From: Auanema rhodensis
Taxonomy: Eukaryota > Animalia > Nematoda
NCBI GenBank assembly: GCA_964057225.1
Contig: OZ059895.1
Location: forward strand, 11,594,001-11,658,000
Direction: 5' to 3'
Length of the DNA stretch: 64,000 nt
The notes beneath the pieces were generated by a model that was given only the letters and a program-made list of their open reading frames with translations, was not told the origin of the DNA and made no database searches. This document shows, in pieces, positions 27,782 through 43,256 of the stretch; positions within the stretch are counted from its first letter, which is position 1; the number at the start of each line of letters is the position of its first letter. A program made the position numbers and the translations under genes.

Positions 27782-30700
27782 CAAGCAGTTTTACTCAGAT
27801 AGCTTAACCCAAGGCAGCAAATTATCTTCAATATTATTTCTATCTTACAGTTATAAACCAATAGTTAATGAACCATCATCTTACCTTTACTGTTTCTATC
27901 TATTTCCTATCGAAAGCAACTTTGTTCAAACACTATACAACTGTGACACCTTTTTCAATTTCTTGTATTTGGAGTTCATAAGATTTGATATCATCGAGGT
28001 ATTCAGATAGAACGTGGAAAATTACATAACTAACATGAAATTGGGAAAAAATTATAACGAGGATAAGTATGTGAAACATTGATTATCAGATATTTTCGCT
28101 TAGGACCATACCACGTTGAAAGTACGCCATGCCGCTGATTTTCAATTTTAACTCTTCTGTATTAAATGTTTTCAATTTTCAAGCAGTTTTACTCAGATAG
28201 CTTAACCCAAGGCAGCAAATTATCTTCAATATTATTTCTATCTTACAGTTATAAACCAATAGTTAATGAACCATCATCTTACCTTTACTGTTTCTATCTA
28301 TTTCCTATCGAAAGCAACTTCGTTCAAACACTATACAACTGTGAAACCTTTTTTAATTTCTTGTATTTGTAGCTCATAAGATTTGATATCATTGAGGGAT
28401 TTAGATAGAACGTGGAAAATTACATAACTACCATGAAATTGGAAAAAACTATAACGAGGATAAGTATGTGAAACATTGATTATCAGATATTTTCGCTTAG
28501 GACCATACCACGTTGTAAGTACGCCATGCCGCTGATTTTCAATTTTAACTCTTTTGTAACAAATGTTTTCAATATTCAAGCAGTTTTACTCAGATAGCTT
28601 AACCCAAGGCAGCAAATTATCTTCAATATTATTTCTATCTTACAGTTATAAACCAATAGTTAATGAACCATCATCTTACCTTTACTGTTTCTATCTATTT
28701 CCTATCGAAAGCAACTTTGTTCAAACACTATACAACTGTGACACCTTTTTTAATTTCTTGTATTTGGAGTTCATAAGATTTGATATCATCGAGGGATCCA
28801 GATAGAACGTGGAAAATTACATAACTACCATGAAATTGGAAAAAACTATAACGAGGATAAGTATGTAAATCATTGAATATCAGATATTTTTGCTTACAAC
28901 TATACCACGTTGTAAGTACACCATGCCGCTGATTTTCAATTTTAACTCTTTTGTAACAAATGTTTTCAATTTTCAAGCAGTTTTACTCAGATAGCTTAAC
29001 CCAAGGCAGCAAATTATCTTCAATATTATTTCTATCTTACAGTTATAAACCAATAGTTAATGAACCATCATCTTACCTTTACTGTTTCTATCTATTTCCT
29101 ATCGAAACCAACTTTGTTCAAAAACTATACAACTGTGAAACCTTTTTTAATTTCTTGTATTTGAAGCTCATAAGATTTGATATCATTAAGGGATCCAGAT
29201 AGAACGTGGAAAATTACGTAACTACCATGAAATTGGAAAAAACTATAACGAGGATAAGTATGTGAAACATTGATTATCAGATATTTTCGCTTAGGACCAT
29301 ACCACGTTGTAAGTACGCCATGCCGCTAATTTTCAATTTTAACTCTTTTGTAACAAATGTTTTCAATTTTCGAGCAGTTTTACTCAGATAGCTTAACCCA
29401 AGGCAGCAAATTATCTTCAATATCATTTCTATCTTACAGTTATAAACCAATAGTTAATGAACCATCATCTTACCTTTAATGTTTCTATGTATTTCCTATC
29501 GAAAGCAACTTTGTTCAAACACTATACAACTGTGAAACCTTTTTAATTTCTTGTATTTGGAGCTCATAAGATTTGATATCATTGAGAAATTTAGATAGAA
29601 CGTGGAAAATTACATAACTACCATGAAATTGGAAAAAACTATAACGAGGATAAGTATGTAAATCATTGAATATCAGATATTTTTGCTTACAACTATACCA
29701 CGTTGTAAGTACGCCATGCCGCTGATTTTCAATTTTAACTCTTTTGTAACAAATGTTTTCAATTTTCAAGCAGTTTTACTCAGATAGCTTAACCCAAGGC
29801 AGCAAATTATCTTCAATATTATTTCTATCTTACAGTTATAAACCAATAGTTAATGAACCATCATCTTACCTTTACTGTTTCTATCTATTTCCTATCGAAA
29901 GCAACTTTGTTCAAACACTATACAACTGTGACACCTTTTTCAATTTCTTGTATTTGGAGTTCATAAGATTTGATATCATCGAGGGATTCAGATAGAACGT
30001 GGAAAATTACATAACTAACATGAAATTGGGAAAAAATTATAACGAGGATAAGTATGTGAAACATTGATTATCAGATATTTTCGCTTAGGACCATACCACG
30101 TTGAAAGTACGCCATGCCGCTGATTTTCAATTTTAACTCTTCTGTATTAAATGTTTTCAATTTTCAAGCAGTTTTACTCAGATAGCTTAACCCAAGGCAG
30201 CAAATTATCTTCAATATTATTTCTATCTTACAGTTATAAACCAATAGTTAATGAACCATCATCTTACCTTTACTGTTTCTATCTATTTCCTATCGAAAGC
30301 AACTTCGTTCAAACACTATACAACTGTGAAACCTTTTTTAATTTCTTGTATTTGTAGCTCATAAGATTTGATATCATTGAGGGATTTAGATAGAACGTGG
30401 AAAATTACATAACTACCATGAAATTGGAAAAAACTATAACGAGGATAAGTATGTGAAACATTGATTATCAGATATTTTCGCTTAGGACCATAACACGTTG
30501 TAAGTACGCCATGCCGCTGATTTTCAATTTTAACTCTTTTGTAACGAATGTTTTCAATTTTCAAGCAGTTTTACTCAGATAGCTTAACCCAAGGCAGCAA
30601 ATTATCTTCAATATTATTTCTATCTTACAGTTATAAACCAATAGTTAATGAACCATCATCTTACCTTTACTGTTTCTATCTATTTCCTATCGAAAGCAAC

Positions 30701-33700
30701 TATACAACTGTGACACCTTTTTTAATTTCTTGTATTTGGAGTTCATAAGATTTGATATCATCGAGGGATCCAGATAGAACGTGGAAAATTACATAACTAC
30801 CATGAAATTGGAAAAAACTATAACGAGGATAAGTATGTAAATCATTGAATATCAGATATTTTTGCTTACAACTATACCACGTTGTAAGTACACCATGCCG
30901 CTGATTTTCAATTTTAACTCTTTTGTAACAAATGTTTTCAATTTTCAAGCAGTTTTACTCAGATAGCTTAACCCAAGGCAGCAAATTATCTTCAATATTA
31001 TTTCTATCTTACAGTTATAAACCAATAGTTAATGAACCATCATCTTACCTTTACTGTTTCTATCTATTTCCTATCGAAACCAACTTTGTTCAAAAACTAT
31101 ACAACTGTGAAACCTTTTTTAATTTCTTGTATTTGAAGCTCATAAGATTTGATATCATTAAGGGATCCAGATAGAACGTGGAAAATTACGTAACTACCAT
31201 GAAATTGGAAAAAAACTATAACGAGGATAAGTATGTGAAACATTGATTATCAGATATTTTCGCTTAGGACCATACCACGTTGTAAGTACGCCATGCCGCT
31301 AATTTTCAATTTTAACTCTTTTGTAACAAATGTTTTCAATTTTCGAGCAGTTTTACTCAGATAGCTTAACCCAAGGCAGCAAATTATCTTCAATATTATT
31401 TCTATCTTACAGTTATAAACCAATAGTTAATGAACCATCATCTTACCTTTAATGTTTCTATGTATTTCCTATCGAAAGCAACTTTGTTCAAACACTATAC
31501 AACTGTGAAACCTTTTTAATTTCTTGTATTTGGAGCTCATAAGATTTGATATCATTGAGAAATTTAGATAGAACGTGGAAAATTACATAACTACCATGAA
31601 ATTGGAAAAAACTATAACGAGGATAAGTATGTAAATCATTGAATATCAGATATTTTTGCTTACAACTATACCACGTTGTAAGTACGCCATGCCGCTGATT
31701 TTCAATTTTAACTCTTTTGTAACAAATGTTTTCAATTTTCAAGCAGTTTTACTCAGATAGCTTAACCCAAGGCAGCAAATTATCTTCAATATTATTTCTA
31801 TCTTACAGTTATAAACCAATAGTTAATGAACCATCATCTTACCTTTACTGTTTCTATCTATTTCCTATCGAAAGCAACTTTGTTCAAACACTATACAACT
31901 GTGACACCTTTTTCAATTTCTTGTATTTGGAGTTCATAAGATTTGATATCATCGAGGGATTCAGATAGAACGTGGAAAATTACATAACTAACATGAAATT
32001 GGGAAAAAATTATAACGAGGATAAGTATGTGAAACATTGATTATCAGATATTTTCGCTTAGGACCATACCACGTTGAAAGTACGCCATGCCGCTGATTTT
32101 CAATTTTAACTCTTCTGTATTAAATGTTTTCAATTTTCAAGCAGTTTTACTCAGATAGCTTAACCCAAGGCAGCAAATTATCTTCAATATTATTTCTATC
32201 TTACAGTTATAAACCAATAGTTAATGAACCATCATCTTACCTTCACTGTTTCTATCTATTTCCTATCGAAAGCAACTTCGTTCAAACACTATACAACTGT
32301 GAAACCTTTTTTAATTTCTTGTATTTGTAGCTCATAAGATTTGATATCATTGAGGGATTTAGATAGAACGTGGAAAATTACATAACTACCATGAAATTGG
32401 AAAAAACTATAACGAGGATAAGTATGTGAAACATTGATTATCAGATATTTTCGCTTAGGACCATAACACGTTGTAAGTACGCCATGCCGCTGATTTTCAA
32501 TTTTAACTCTTTTGTAACAAATGTTTTCAATTTTCAAGCAGTTTTACTCAGATAGCTTAACCCAAGGCAGCAAATTATCTTCAATATTATTTCTATCTTA
32601 CAGTTATAAACCAATAGTTAATGAACCATCATCTTACCTTTACTGTTTCTATCTATTTCCTATCGAAAGCAACTTCGTTCAAACACTATACAACTGTGAA
32701 ACCTTTTTTAATTTCTTGTATTTGAAGCTCATAAGATTTGATATCATTAAGGGATCCAGATAGAACGTGGAAAATTACGTAACTACCATGAAATTGGAAA
32801 AAACTATAACGAGGATAAGTATGTGAAACATTGATTATCAGATATTTTCGCTTAGGACCATACCACGTTGTAAGTACGCCATGCCGCTAATTTTCAATTT
32901 TAACTCTTTTGTAACAAATGTTTTCAATTTTCGAGCAGTTTTACTCAGATAGCTTAACCCAAGGCAGCAAATTATCTTCAATATTATTTCTATCTTACAG
33001 TTATAAACCAATAGTTAATGAACCATCATCTTACCTTTAATGTTTCTATGTATTTCCTATCGAAAGCAACTTTGTTCAAACACTATACAACTGTGAAACC
33101 TTTTTAATTTCTTGTATTTGGAGCTCATAAGATTTGATATCATTGAGAAATTTAGATAGAACGTGGAAAATTACATAACTAACATGAAATTGGGAAAAAA
33201 TTATAACGAGGATAAGTATGTGAAACATTGATTATCAGATATTTTCGCTTAGGACCATACCACGTTGAAAGTACGCCATGCCGCTGATTTTCAATTTTAA
33301 CTCTTCTGTATTAAATGTTTTCAATTTTCAAGCAGTTTTACTCAGATAGCTTAACCCAAGGCAGCAAATTATCTTCAATATTATTTCTATCTTACAGTTA
33401 TAAACCAATAGTTAATGAACCATCATCTTACCTTCACTGTTTCTATCTATTTCCTATCGAAAGCAACTTCGTTCAAACACTATACAACTGTGAAACCTTT
33501 TTTAATTTCTTGTATTTGTAGCTCATAAGATTTGATATCATTGAGGGATTTAGATAGAACGTGGAAAATTACATAACTACCATGAAATTGGAAAAAACTA
33601 TAACGAGGATAAGTATGTGAAACATTGATTATCAGATATTTTCGCTTAGGACCATAACACGTTGTAAGTACGCCATGCCGCTGATTTTCAATTTTAACTC

Positions 33701-36700
33701 TTTTGTAACAAATGTTTTCAATTTTCAAGCAGTTTTACTCAGATAGCTTAACCCAAGGCAGCAAATTATCTTCAATATTATTTCTATCTTACAGTTATAA
33801 ACCAATAGTTAATGAACCATCATCTTACCTTTACTGTTTCTATCTATTTCCTATCGAAAGCAACTTCGTTCAAACACTATACAACTGTGAAACCTTTTTT
33901 AATTTCTTGTATTTGTAGCTCATAAGATTTGATATCATTGAGGGATTTAGATAGAACGTGGAAAATTACATAACTACCATGAAATTGGAAAAAACTATAA
34001 CGAGGATAAGTATGTGAAACATTGATTATCAGATATTTTCGCTTAGGACCATACCACGTTGTAAGTACGCCATGCCGCTGATTTTCAATTTTAACTCTTT
34101 TGTAACAAATGTTTTCAATTTTCAAGCAGTTTTACTCAGATAGCTTAACCCAAGGCAGCAAATTATCTTCAATATTATTTCTATCTTACAGTTATAAACC
34201 AATAGTTAATGAACCATCATCTTACCTTTAATGTTTCTATGTATTTCCTATCGAAAGCAACTTTGTTCAAACACTATACAACTGTGAAACCTTTTTAATT
34301 TCTTGTATTTGGAGCTCATAAGATTTGATATCATTGAGAAATTTAGATAGAACGTGGAAAATTACATAACTACCATGAAATTGGAAAAAACTATAACGAG
34401 GATAAGTATGTAAATCATTGAATATCAGATATTTTTGCTTACAACTATACCACGTTGTAAGTACGCCATGCCGCTGATTTTCAATTTTAACTCTTTTGTA
34501 ACAAATGTTTTCAATTTTCAAGCAGTTTTACTCAGATAGCTTAACCCAAGGCAGCAAATTATCTTCAATATTATTTCTATCTTACAGTTATAAACCAATA
34601 GTTAATGAACCATCATCTTACCTTTACTGTTTCTATCTATTTCCTATCGAAAGCAACTTTGTTCAAACACTATACAACTGTGACACCTTTTTCAATTTCT
34701 TGTATTTGGAGTTCATAAGATTTGATATCATCGAGGGATTCAGATAGAACGTGGAAAATTACATAACTAACATGAAATTGGGAAAAAATTATAACGAGGA
34801 TAAGTATGTGAAACATTGATTATCAGATATTTTCGCTTAGGACCATACCACGTTGAAAGTACGCCATGCCGCTGATTTTCAATTTTAACTCTTCTGTATT
34901 AAATGTTTTCAATTTTCAAGCAGTTTTACTCAGATAGCTTAACCCAAGGCAGCAAATTATCTTCAATATTATTTCTATCTTACAGTTATAAACCAATAGT
35001 TAATGAACCATCATCTTACCTTCACTGTTTCTATCTATTTCCTATCGAAAGCAACTTCGTTCAAACACTATACAACTGTGAAACCTTTTTTAATTTCTTG
35101 TATTTGTAGCTCATAAGATTTGATATCATTGAGGGATTTAGATAGAACGTGGAAAATTACATAACTACCATGAAATTGGAAAAAACTATAACGAGGATAA
35201 GTATGTGAAACATTGATTATCAGATATTTTCGCTTAGGACCATAACACGTTGTAAGTACGCCATGCCGCTGATTTTCAATTTTAACTCTTTTGTAACAAA
35301 TGTTTTCAATTTTCAAGCAGTTTTACTCAGATAGCTTAACCCAAGGCAGCAAATTATCTTCAATATTATTTCTATCTTACAGTTATAAACCAATAGTTAA
35401 TGAACCATCATCTTACCTTTACTGTTTCTATCTATTTCCTATCGAAAGCAACTTCGTTCAAACACTATACAACTGTGAAACCTTTTTTAATTTCTTGTAT
35501 TTGTAGCTCATAAGATTTGATATCATTGAGGGATTTAGATAGAACGTGGAAAATTACATAACTACCATGAAATTGGAAAAAACTATAACGAGGATAAGTA
35601 TGTGAAACATTGATTATCAGATATTTTCGCTTAGGACCATACCACGTTGTAAGTAGGCCATGCCGCTGATTTTCAATTTTAACTCTTTTGTAACAAATGT
35701 TTTCAATTTTCAAGCAGTTTTACTCAGATAGCTTAACCCAAGGCAGCAAATTATCTTCAATATTATTTCTATCTTACAGTTATAAACCAATAGTTAATGA
35801 ACCATCATCTTACCTTTACTGTTTCTATCTATTTCCTATCGAAAGCAACTTTGTTCAAACACTATACAACTGTGACACCTTTTTTAATTTCTTGTATTTG
35901 GAGTTCATAAGATTTGATATCATCGAGGGATCCAGATAGAACGTGGAAAATTACATAACTACCATGAAATTGGAAAAAACTATAACGAGGATAAGTATGT
36001 AAATCATTGAATATCAGATATTTTTGCTTACAACTATACCACATTGTAAGTACGCCATGCCGCTGATTTTCAATTTTAACTCTTTTGTAACAAATGTTTT
36101 CAATTTTCAAGCAGTTTTACTCAGATAGCTTAACCCAAGGCAGCAAATTATCTTCAATATTATTTCTATCTTACAGTTATAAACCAATAGTTAATGAACC
36201 ATCATCTTACCTTTACTGTTTCTATCTATTTCCTATCGAAACCAACTTTGTTCAAAAACTATACAACTGTGAAACCTTTTTTAATTTCTTGTATTTGTAG
36301 CTCATAAGATTTGATATCATTGAGGGATTTAGATAGAACGTGGAAAATTACATAACTACCATGAAATTGGAAAAAACTATAACGAGGATAAGTATGTGAA
36401 ACATTGATTATCAGATATTTTCGCTTAGGACCATAACACGTTGTAAGTACGCCATGCCGCTGATTTTCAATTTTAACTCTTTTGTATTAAATGTTTTCAA
36501 TTTTCAAGCAGTTTTACTCAGATAGCTTAACCCAAGGCAGCAAATTATCTTCAATATTATTTCTATCTTACAGTTATAAACCAATAGTTAATGAACCATC
36601 ATCTTACCTTCACTGTTTCTATCTATTTCCTATCGAAAGCAACTTCGTTCAAACACTATACAACTGTGAAACCTTTTTTAATTTCTTGTATTTGTAGCTC

Positions 36701-39700
36701 ATAAGATTTGATATCATTGAGGGATTTAGATAGAACGTGGAAAATTACATAACTACCATGAAATTGGAAAAAACTATAACGAGGATAAGTATGTGAAACA
36801 TTGATTATCAGATATTTTCGCTTAGGACCATAACACGTTGTAAGTACGCCATGCCGCTGATTTTCAATTTTAACTCTTTTGTAACAAATGTTTTCAATTT
36901 TCAAGCAGTTTTACTCAGATAGCTTAACCCAAGGCAGCAAATTATCTTCAATATTATTTCTATCTTACAGTTATAAACCAATAGTTAATGAACCATCATC
37001 TTACCTTTACTGTTTCTATCTATTTCCTATCGAAAGCAACTTCGTTCAAACACTATACAACTGTGAAACCTTTTTTAATTTCTTGTATTTGTAGCTCATA
37101 AGATTTGATATCATTGAGGGATTTAGATAGAACGTGGAAAATTACATAACTACCATGAAATTGGAAAAAACTATAACGAGGATAAGTATGTGAAACATTG
37201 ATTATCAGATATTTTCGCTTAGGACCATACCACGTTGTAAGTACGCCATGCCGCTGATTTTCAATTTTAACTCTTTTGTAACAAATGTTTTCAATTTTCA
37301 AGCAGTTTTACTCAGATAGCTTAACCCAAGGCAGCAAATTATCTTCAATATTATTTCTATCTTACAGTTATAAACCAATAGTTAATGAACCATCATCTTA
37401 CCTTTACTGTTTCTATCTATTTCCTATCGAAAGCAACTTTGTTCAAACACTATACAACTGTGACACCTTTTTCAATTTCTTGTATTTGGAGTTCATAAGA
37501 TTTGATATCATCGAGGGATTCAGATAGAACGTGGAAAATTACATAACTAACATGAAATTGGGAAAAAATTATAACGAGGATAAGTATGTGAAACATTGAT
37601 TATCAGATATTTTCGCTTAGGACCATACCACGTTGAAAGTACGCCATGCCGCTGATTTTCAATTTTAACTCTTCTGTATTAAATGTTTTCAATTTTCAAG
37701 CAGTTTTACTCAGATAGCTTAACCCAAGGCAGCAAATTATCTTCAATATTATTTCTATCTTACAGTTATAAACCAATAGTTAATGAACCATCATCTTACC
37801 TTCACTGTTTCTATCTATTTCCTATCGAAAGCAACTTCGTTCAAACACTATACAACTGTGAAACCTTTTTTAATTTCTTGTATTTGTAGCTCATAAGATT
37901 TGATATCATTGAGGGATTTAGATAGAACGTGGAAAATTACATAACTACCATGAAATTGGAAAAAACTATAACGAGGATAAGTATGTGAAACATTGATTAT
38001 CAGATATTTTCGCTTAGGACCATAACACGTTGTAAGTACGCCATGCCGCTGATTTTCAATTTTAACTCTTTTGTAACAAATGTTTTCAATTTTCAAGCAG
38101 TTTTACTCAGATAGCTTAACCCAAGGCAGCAAATTATCTTCAATATTATTTCTATCTTACAGTTATAAACCAATAGTTAATGAACCATCATCTTACCTTT
38201 ACTGTTTCTATCTATTTCCTATCGAAAGCAACTTCGTTCAAACACTATACAACTGTGAAACCTTTTTTAATTTCTTGTATTTGTAGCTCATAAGATTTGA
38301 TATCATTGAGGGATTTAGATAGAACGTGGAAAATTACATAACTACCATGAAATTGGAAAAAACTATAACGAGGATAAGTATGTGAAACATTGATTATCAG
38401 ATATTTTCGCTTAGGACCATACCACGTTGTAAGTACGCCATGCCGCTGATTTTCAATTTTAACTCTTTTGTAACAAATGTTTTCAATTTTCAAGCAGTTT
38501 TACTCAGATAGCTTAACCCAAGGCAGCAAATTATCTTCAATATTATTTCTATCTTACAGTTATAAACCAATAGTTAATGAACCATCATCTTACCTTTACT
38601 GTTTCTATCTATTTCCTATCGAAAGCAACTTTGTTCAAACACTATACAACTGTGACACCTTTTTTAATTTCTTGTATTTGGAGTTCATAAGATTTGATAT
38701 CATCGAGGGATCCAGATAGAACGTGGAAAATTACATAACTACCATGAAATTGGAAAAAACTATAACGAGGATAAGTATGTAAATCATTGAATATCAGATA
38801 TTTTTGCTTACAACTATACCACATTGTAAGTACGCCATGCCGCTGATTTTCAATTTTAACTCTTTTGTAACAAATGTTTTCAATTTTCAAGCAGTTTTAC
38901 TCAGATAGCTTAACCCAAGGCAGCAAATTATCTTCAATATTATTTCTATCTTACAGTTATAAACCAATAGTTAATGAACCATCATCTTACCTTTACTGTT
39001 TCTATCTATTTCCTATCGAAACCAACTTTGTTCAAAAACTATACAACTGTGAAACCTTTTTTAATTTCTTGTATTTGAAGCTCATAAGATTTGATATCAT
39101 TAAGGGATCCAGATAGAACGTGGAAAATTACGTAACTACCATGAAATTGGAAAAAACTATAACGAGGATAAGTATGTGAAACATTGATTATCAGATATTT
39201 TCGCTTAGGACCATACCACGTTGTAAGTACGCCATGCCGCTGATTTTCAATTTTAACTCTTTTGTAACAAATGTTTTCAATTTTCAAGCAGTTTTACTCA
39301 GATAGCTTAACCCAAAGCAGCAAATTATCTTCAATATTATTTCTATCTCACAGTTATAAACCAATAGTTAATGAACCATCATCTTACCCTTATCGTTTCT
39401 ATCTATTTCCTATCGAAACCAACTTTGTTCAAAAACTATACAACTGTGAAACCTTTTTCAATTTCTTGTATTTGGAGCTCATAAAATTTGATATCATTGA
39501 GGGATCCAGATAGAACGTGGAAAATTACGTAACTAACATGAAATTGGAAAAAAACTATAACGAGGATAAGTATGTGAATCATTGAATATCAGATATTTTC
39601 GCTTAGGACCATACCACGTTGAAAGTACGCCATGCCGCTGATTTTCAATTTTAACTCTTCTGTATTAAATGTTTTCAATTTTCAAGCAGTTTTACTCAGA

Positions 39701-42700
39701 TAGCTTAACCCAAGGCAGCAAATTATCTTCAATATTATTTCTATCTTACAGTTATAAACCAATAGTTAATGAACCATCATCTTACCTTTACTGTTTCTAT
39801 CTATTTCCTATCGAAAGCAACTTCGTTCAAACACTATACAACTGTGAAACCTTTTTTAATTTCTTGTATTTGTAGCTCATAAGATTTGATATCATTGAGG
39901 GATCCAGATAGAACGTGGAAAATTACATAACTAACATGAAATTGGGAAAAAATTATAACGAGGATAAGTATGTGAAACATTGAATATCAGATATTTTCGC
40001 TTAGGACCATACCACGTTGTAAGTACGCCATGCCGCTGATTTTCAATTTTAACTCTTTTGTAACAAATGTTTTCAATTTTCAAGCAGTTTTACTCAGATA
40101 GCTTAACCCAAGGCAGCAAATTATCTTCAATATTATTTCTATCTTACAGTTATAAACCAATAGTTAATGAACCATCATCTTACCTTTAATGTTTCTATGT
40201 ATTTCCTATCGAAAGCAACTTTGTTCAAACACTATACAACTGTGAAACCTTTTTAATTTCTTGTATTTGGAGCTCATAAGATTTGATATCATTGAGAAAT
40301 TTAGATAGAACGTGGAAAATTACATAACTACCATGAAATTGGAAAAAACTATAACGAGGATAAGTATGTAAATCATTGAATATCAGATATTTTTGCTTAC
40401 AACTATACCACGTTGTAAGTACGCCATGCCGCTGATTTTCAATTTTAACTCTTTTGTAACAAATGTTTTCAATTTTCAAGCAGTTTTACTCAGATAGCTT
40501 AACCCAAGGCAGCAAATTATCTTCAATATTATTTCTATCTTACAGTTATAAACCAATAGTTAATGAACCATCATCTTACCTTTACTGTTTCTATCTATTT
40601 CCTATCGAAAGCAACTTTGTTCAAACACTATACAACTGTGACACCTTTTTCAATTTCTTGTATTTGGAGTTCATAAGATTTGATATCATCGAGGGATTCA
40701 GATAGAACGTGGAAAATTACATAACTAACATGAAATTGGAAAAAATTATAACGAGGATAAGTATGTGAAACATTGATTATCAGATATTTTCGCTTAGGAC
40801 CATACCACGTTGAAAGTACGCCATGCCGCTGATTTTCAATTTTAACTCTTCTGTATTAAATGTTTTCAATTTTCAAGCAGTTTTACTCAGATAGCTTAAC
40901 CCAAGGCAGCAAATTATCTTCAATATTATTTCTATCTTACAGTTATAAACCAATAGTTAATGAACCATCATCTTACCTTCACTGTTTCTATCTATTTCCT
41001 ATCGAAAGCAACTTCGTTCAAACACTATACAACTGTGAAACCTTTTTTAATTTCTTGTATTTGAAGCTCATAAGATTTGATATCATTGAGGGATTTAGAT
41101 AGAACGTGGAAAATTACATAACTACCATGAAATTGGAAAAAACTATAACGAGGATAAGTATGTGAAACATTGATTATCAGATATTTTCGCTTAGGACCAT
41201 AACACGTTGTAAGTACGCCATGCCGCTGATTTTCAATTTTAACTCTTTTGTAACAAATGTTTTCAATTTTCAAGCAGTTTTACTCAGATAGCTTAACCCA
41301 AGGCAGCAAATTATCTTCAATATTATTTCTATCTTACAGTTATAAACCAATAGTTAATGAACCATCATCTTACCTTTACTGTTTCTATCTATTTCCTATC
41401 GAAAGCAACTTCGTTCAAACACTATACAACTGTGAAACCTTTTTTAATTTCTTGTATTTGTAGCTCATAAGATTTGATATCATTGAGGGATTTAGATAGA
41501 ACGTGGAAAATTACATAACTACCATGAAATTGGAAAAAACTATAACGAGGATAAGTATGTGAAACATTGATTATCAGATATTTTCGCTTAGGACCATACC
41601 ACGTTGTAAGTACGCCATGCCGCTGATTTTCAATTTTAACTCTTTTGTAACAAATGTTTTCAATTTTCAAGCAGTTTTACTCAGATAGCTTAACCCAAGG
41701 CAGCAAATTATCTTCAATATTATTTCTATCTTACAGTTATAAACCAATAGTTAATGAACCATCATCTTACCTTTACTGTTTCTATCTATTTCCTATCGAA
41801 AGCAACTTTGTTCAAACACTATACAACTGTGACACCTTTTTTAATTTCTTGTATTTGGAGTTCATAAGATTTGATATCATCGAGGGATCCAGATAGAACG
41901 TGGAAAATTACATAACTACCATGAAATTGGAAAAAACTATAACGAGGATAAGTATGTAAATCATTGAATATCAGATATTTTTGCTTACAACTATACCACA
42001 TTGTAAGTACGCCATGCCGCTGATTTTCAATTTTAACTCTTTTGTAACAAATGTTTTCAATTTTCAAGCAGTTTTACTCAGATAGCTTAACCCAAGGCAG
42101 CAAATTATCTTCAATATTATTTCTATCTTACAGTTATAAACCAATAGTTAATGAACCATCATCTTACCTTTACTGTTTCTATCTATTTCCTATCGAAACC
42201 AACTTTGTTCAAAAACTATACAACTGTGAAACCTTTTTTAATTTCTTGTATTTGAAGCTCATAAGATTTGATATCATTAAGGGATCCAGATAGAACGTGG
42301 AAAATTACGTAACTACCATGAAATTGGAAAAAACTATAACGAGGATAAGTATGTGAAACATTGATTATCAGATATTTTCGCTTAGGACCATACCACGTTG
42401 TAAGTACGCCATGCCGCTGATTTTCAATTTTAACTCTTTTGTAACAAATGTTTTCAATTTTCAAGCAGTTTTACTCAGATAGCTTAACCCAAAGCAGCAA
42501 ATTATCTTCAATATTATTTCTATCTCACAGTTATAAACCAATAGTTAATGAACCATCATCTTACCCTTATCGTTTCTATCTATTTCCTATCGAAACCAAC
42601 TTTGTTCAAAAACTATACAACTGTGAAACCTTTTTCAATTTCTTGTATTTGGAGCTCATAAAATTTGATATCATTGAGGGATCCAGATAGAACGTGGAAA

Positions 42701-43256
42701 ATTACGTAACTAACATGAAATTGGAAAAAAACTATAACGAGGATAAGTATGTGAATCATTGAATATCAGATATTTTCGCTTAGGACCATACCACGTTGAA
42801 AGTACGCCATGCCGCTGATTTTCAATTTTAACTCTTTTGTAACAAATGTTTTCAATTTTCAAGCAGTTTTAGTCAGATAGCTTAACCCAAGGCAGCAAAT
42901 TATCTTCAATATTATTTCTATCTCACAGTTATAAACCAATAGTTAATGAACCATCATCTTACCCTTATCGTTTCTATCTATTTCCTATCGAAACCAACTT
43001 TGTTCAAAAACTATACAACTGTGAAACCTTTTTCAATTTCTTGTATTTGGAGCTCATAAGATTTGATATCATTGAGGGATCCAGATAGAACGTGGAAAAT
43101 TACGTAACTAACATGAAATTGGAAAAAACTATAACGAGGATAAGTATGTGAATCATTGAATATCAGATATTTTCGCTTAGGACCATACCACGTTGAAAGT
43201 ACGCCATGCCGCTGATTTTCAATTTTAACTCTTTTGTAATAAATTTTTTCAATTTT
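27386..43256. repeat. Array domain 2: layer dominated by type H monomers, with 5-, 7- and 8-mer periodicities
   Basis: New diagnostic variants (aacttcgttc, tttgtagctc, cttctgtattaaatg, tttgaagctc) first appear at about 28.1-29.2 kb. Type C lies at 27386, 29371 and 31344 (5-mer). D-like monomers lie at 34519, 37299 and 40477 (7- then 8-mer). Confidence 0.8.
30562..30945. other. Truncated 384 bp monomer carrying a 13 bp deletion
   Basis: Reads gaaagcaactatacaac instead of gaaagcaact-ttgttcaaacact-atacaac. The junction is at about 30699-30701. Confidence 0.93.

Noticed and set aside
28318-28334. CENP-B box in type H monomers (cttcgttcaaacacta)
   Set aside because: It matches only the TTCG....A part of the NTTCGNNNNANNCGGGN motif; the essential CGGG is absent.
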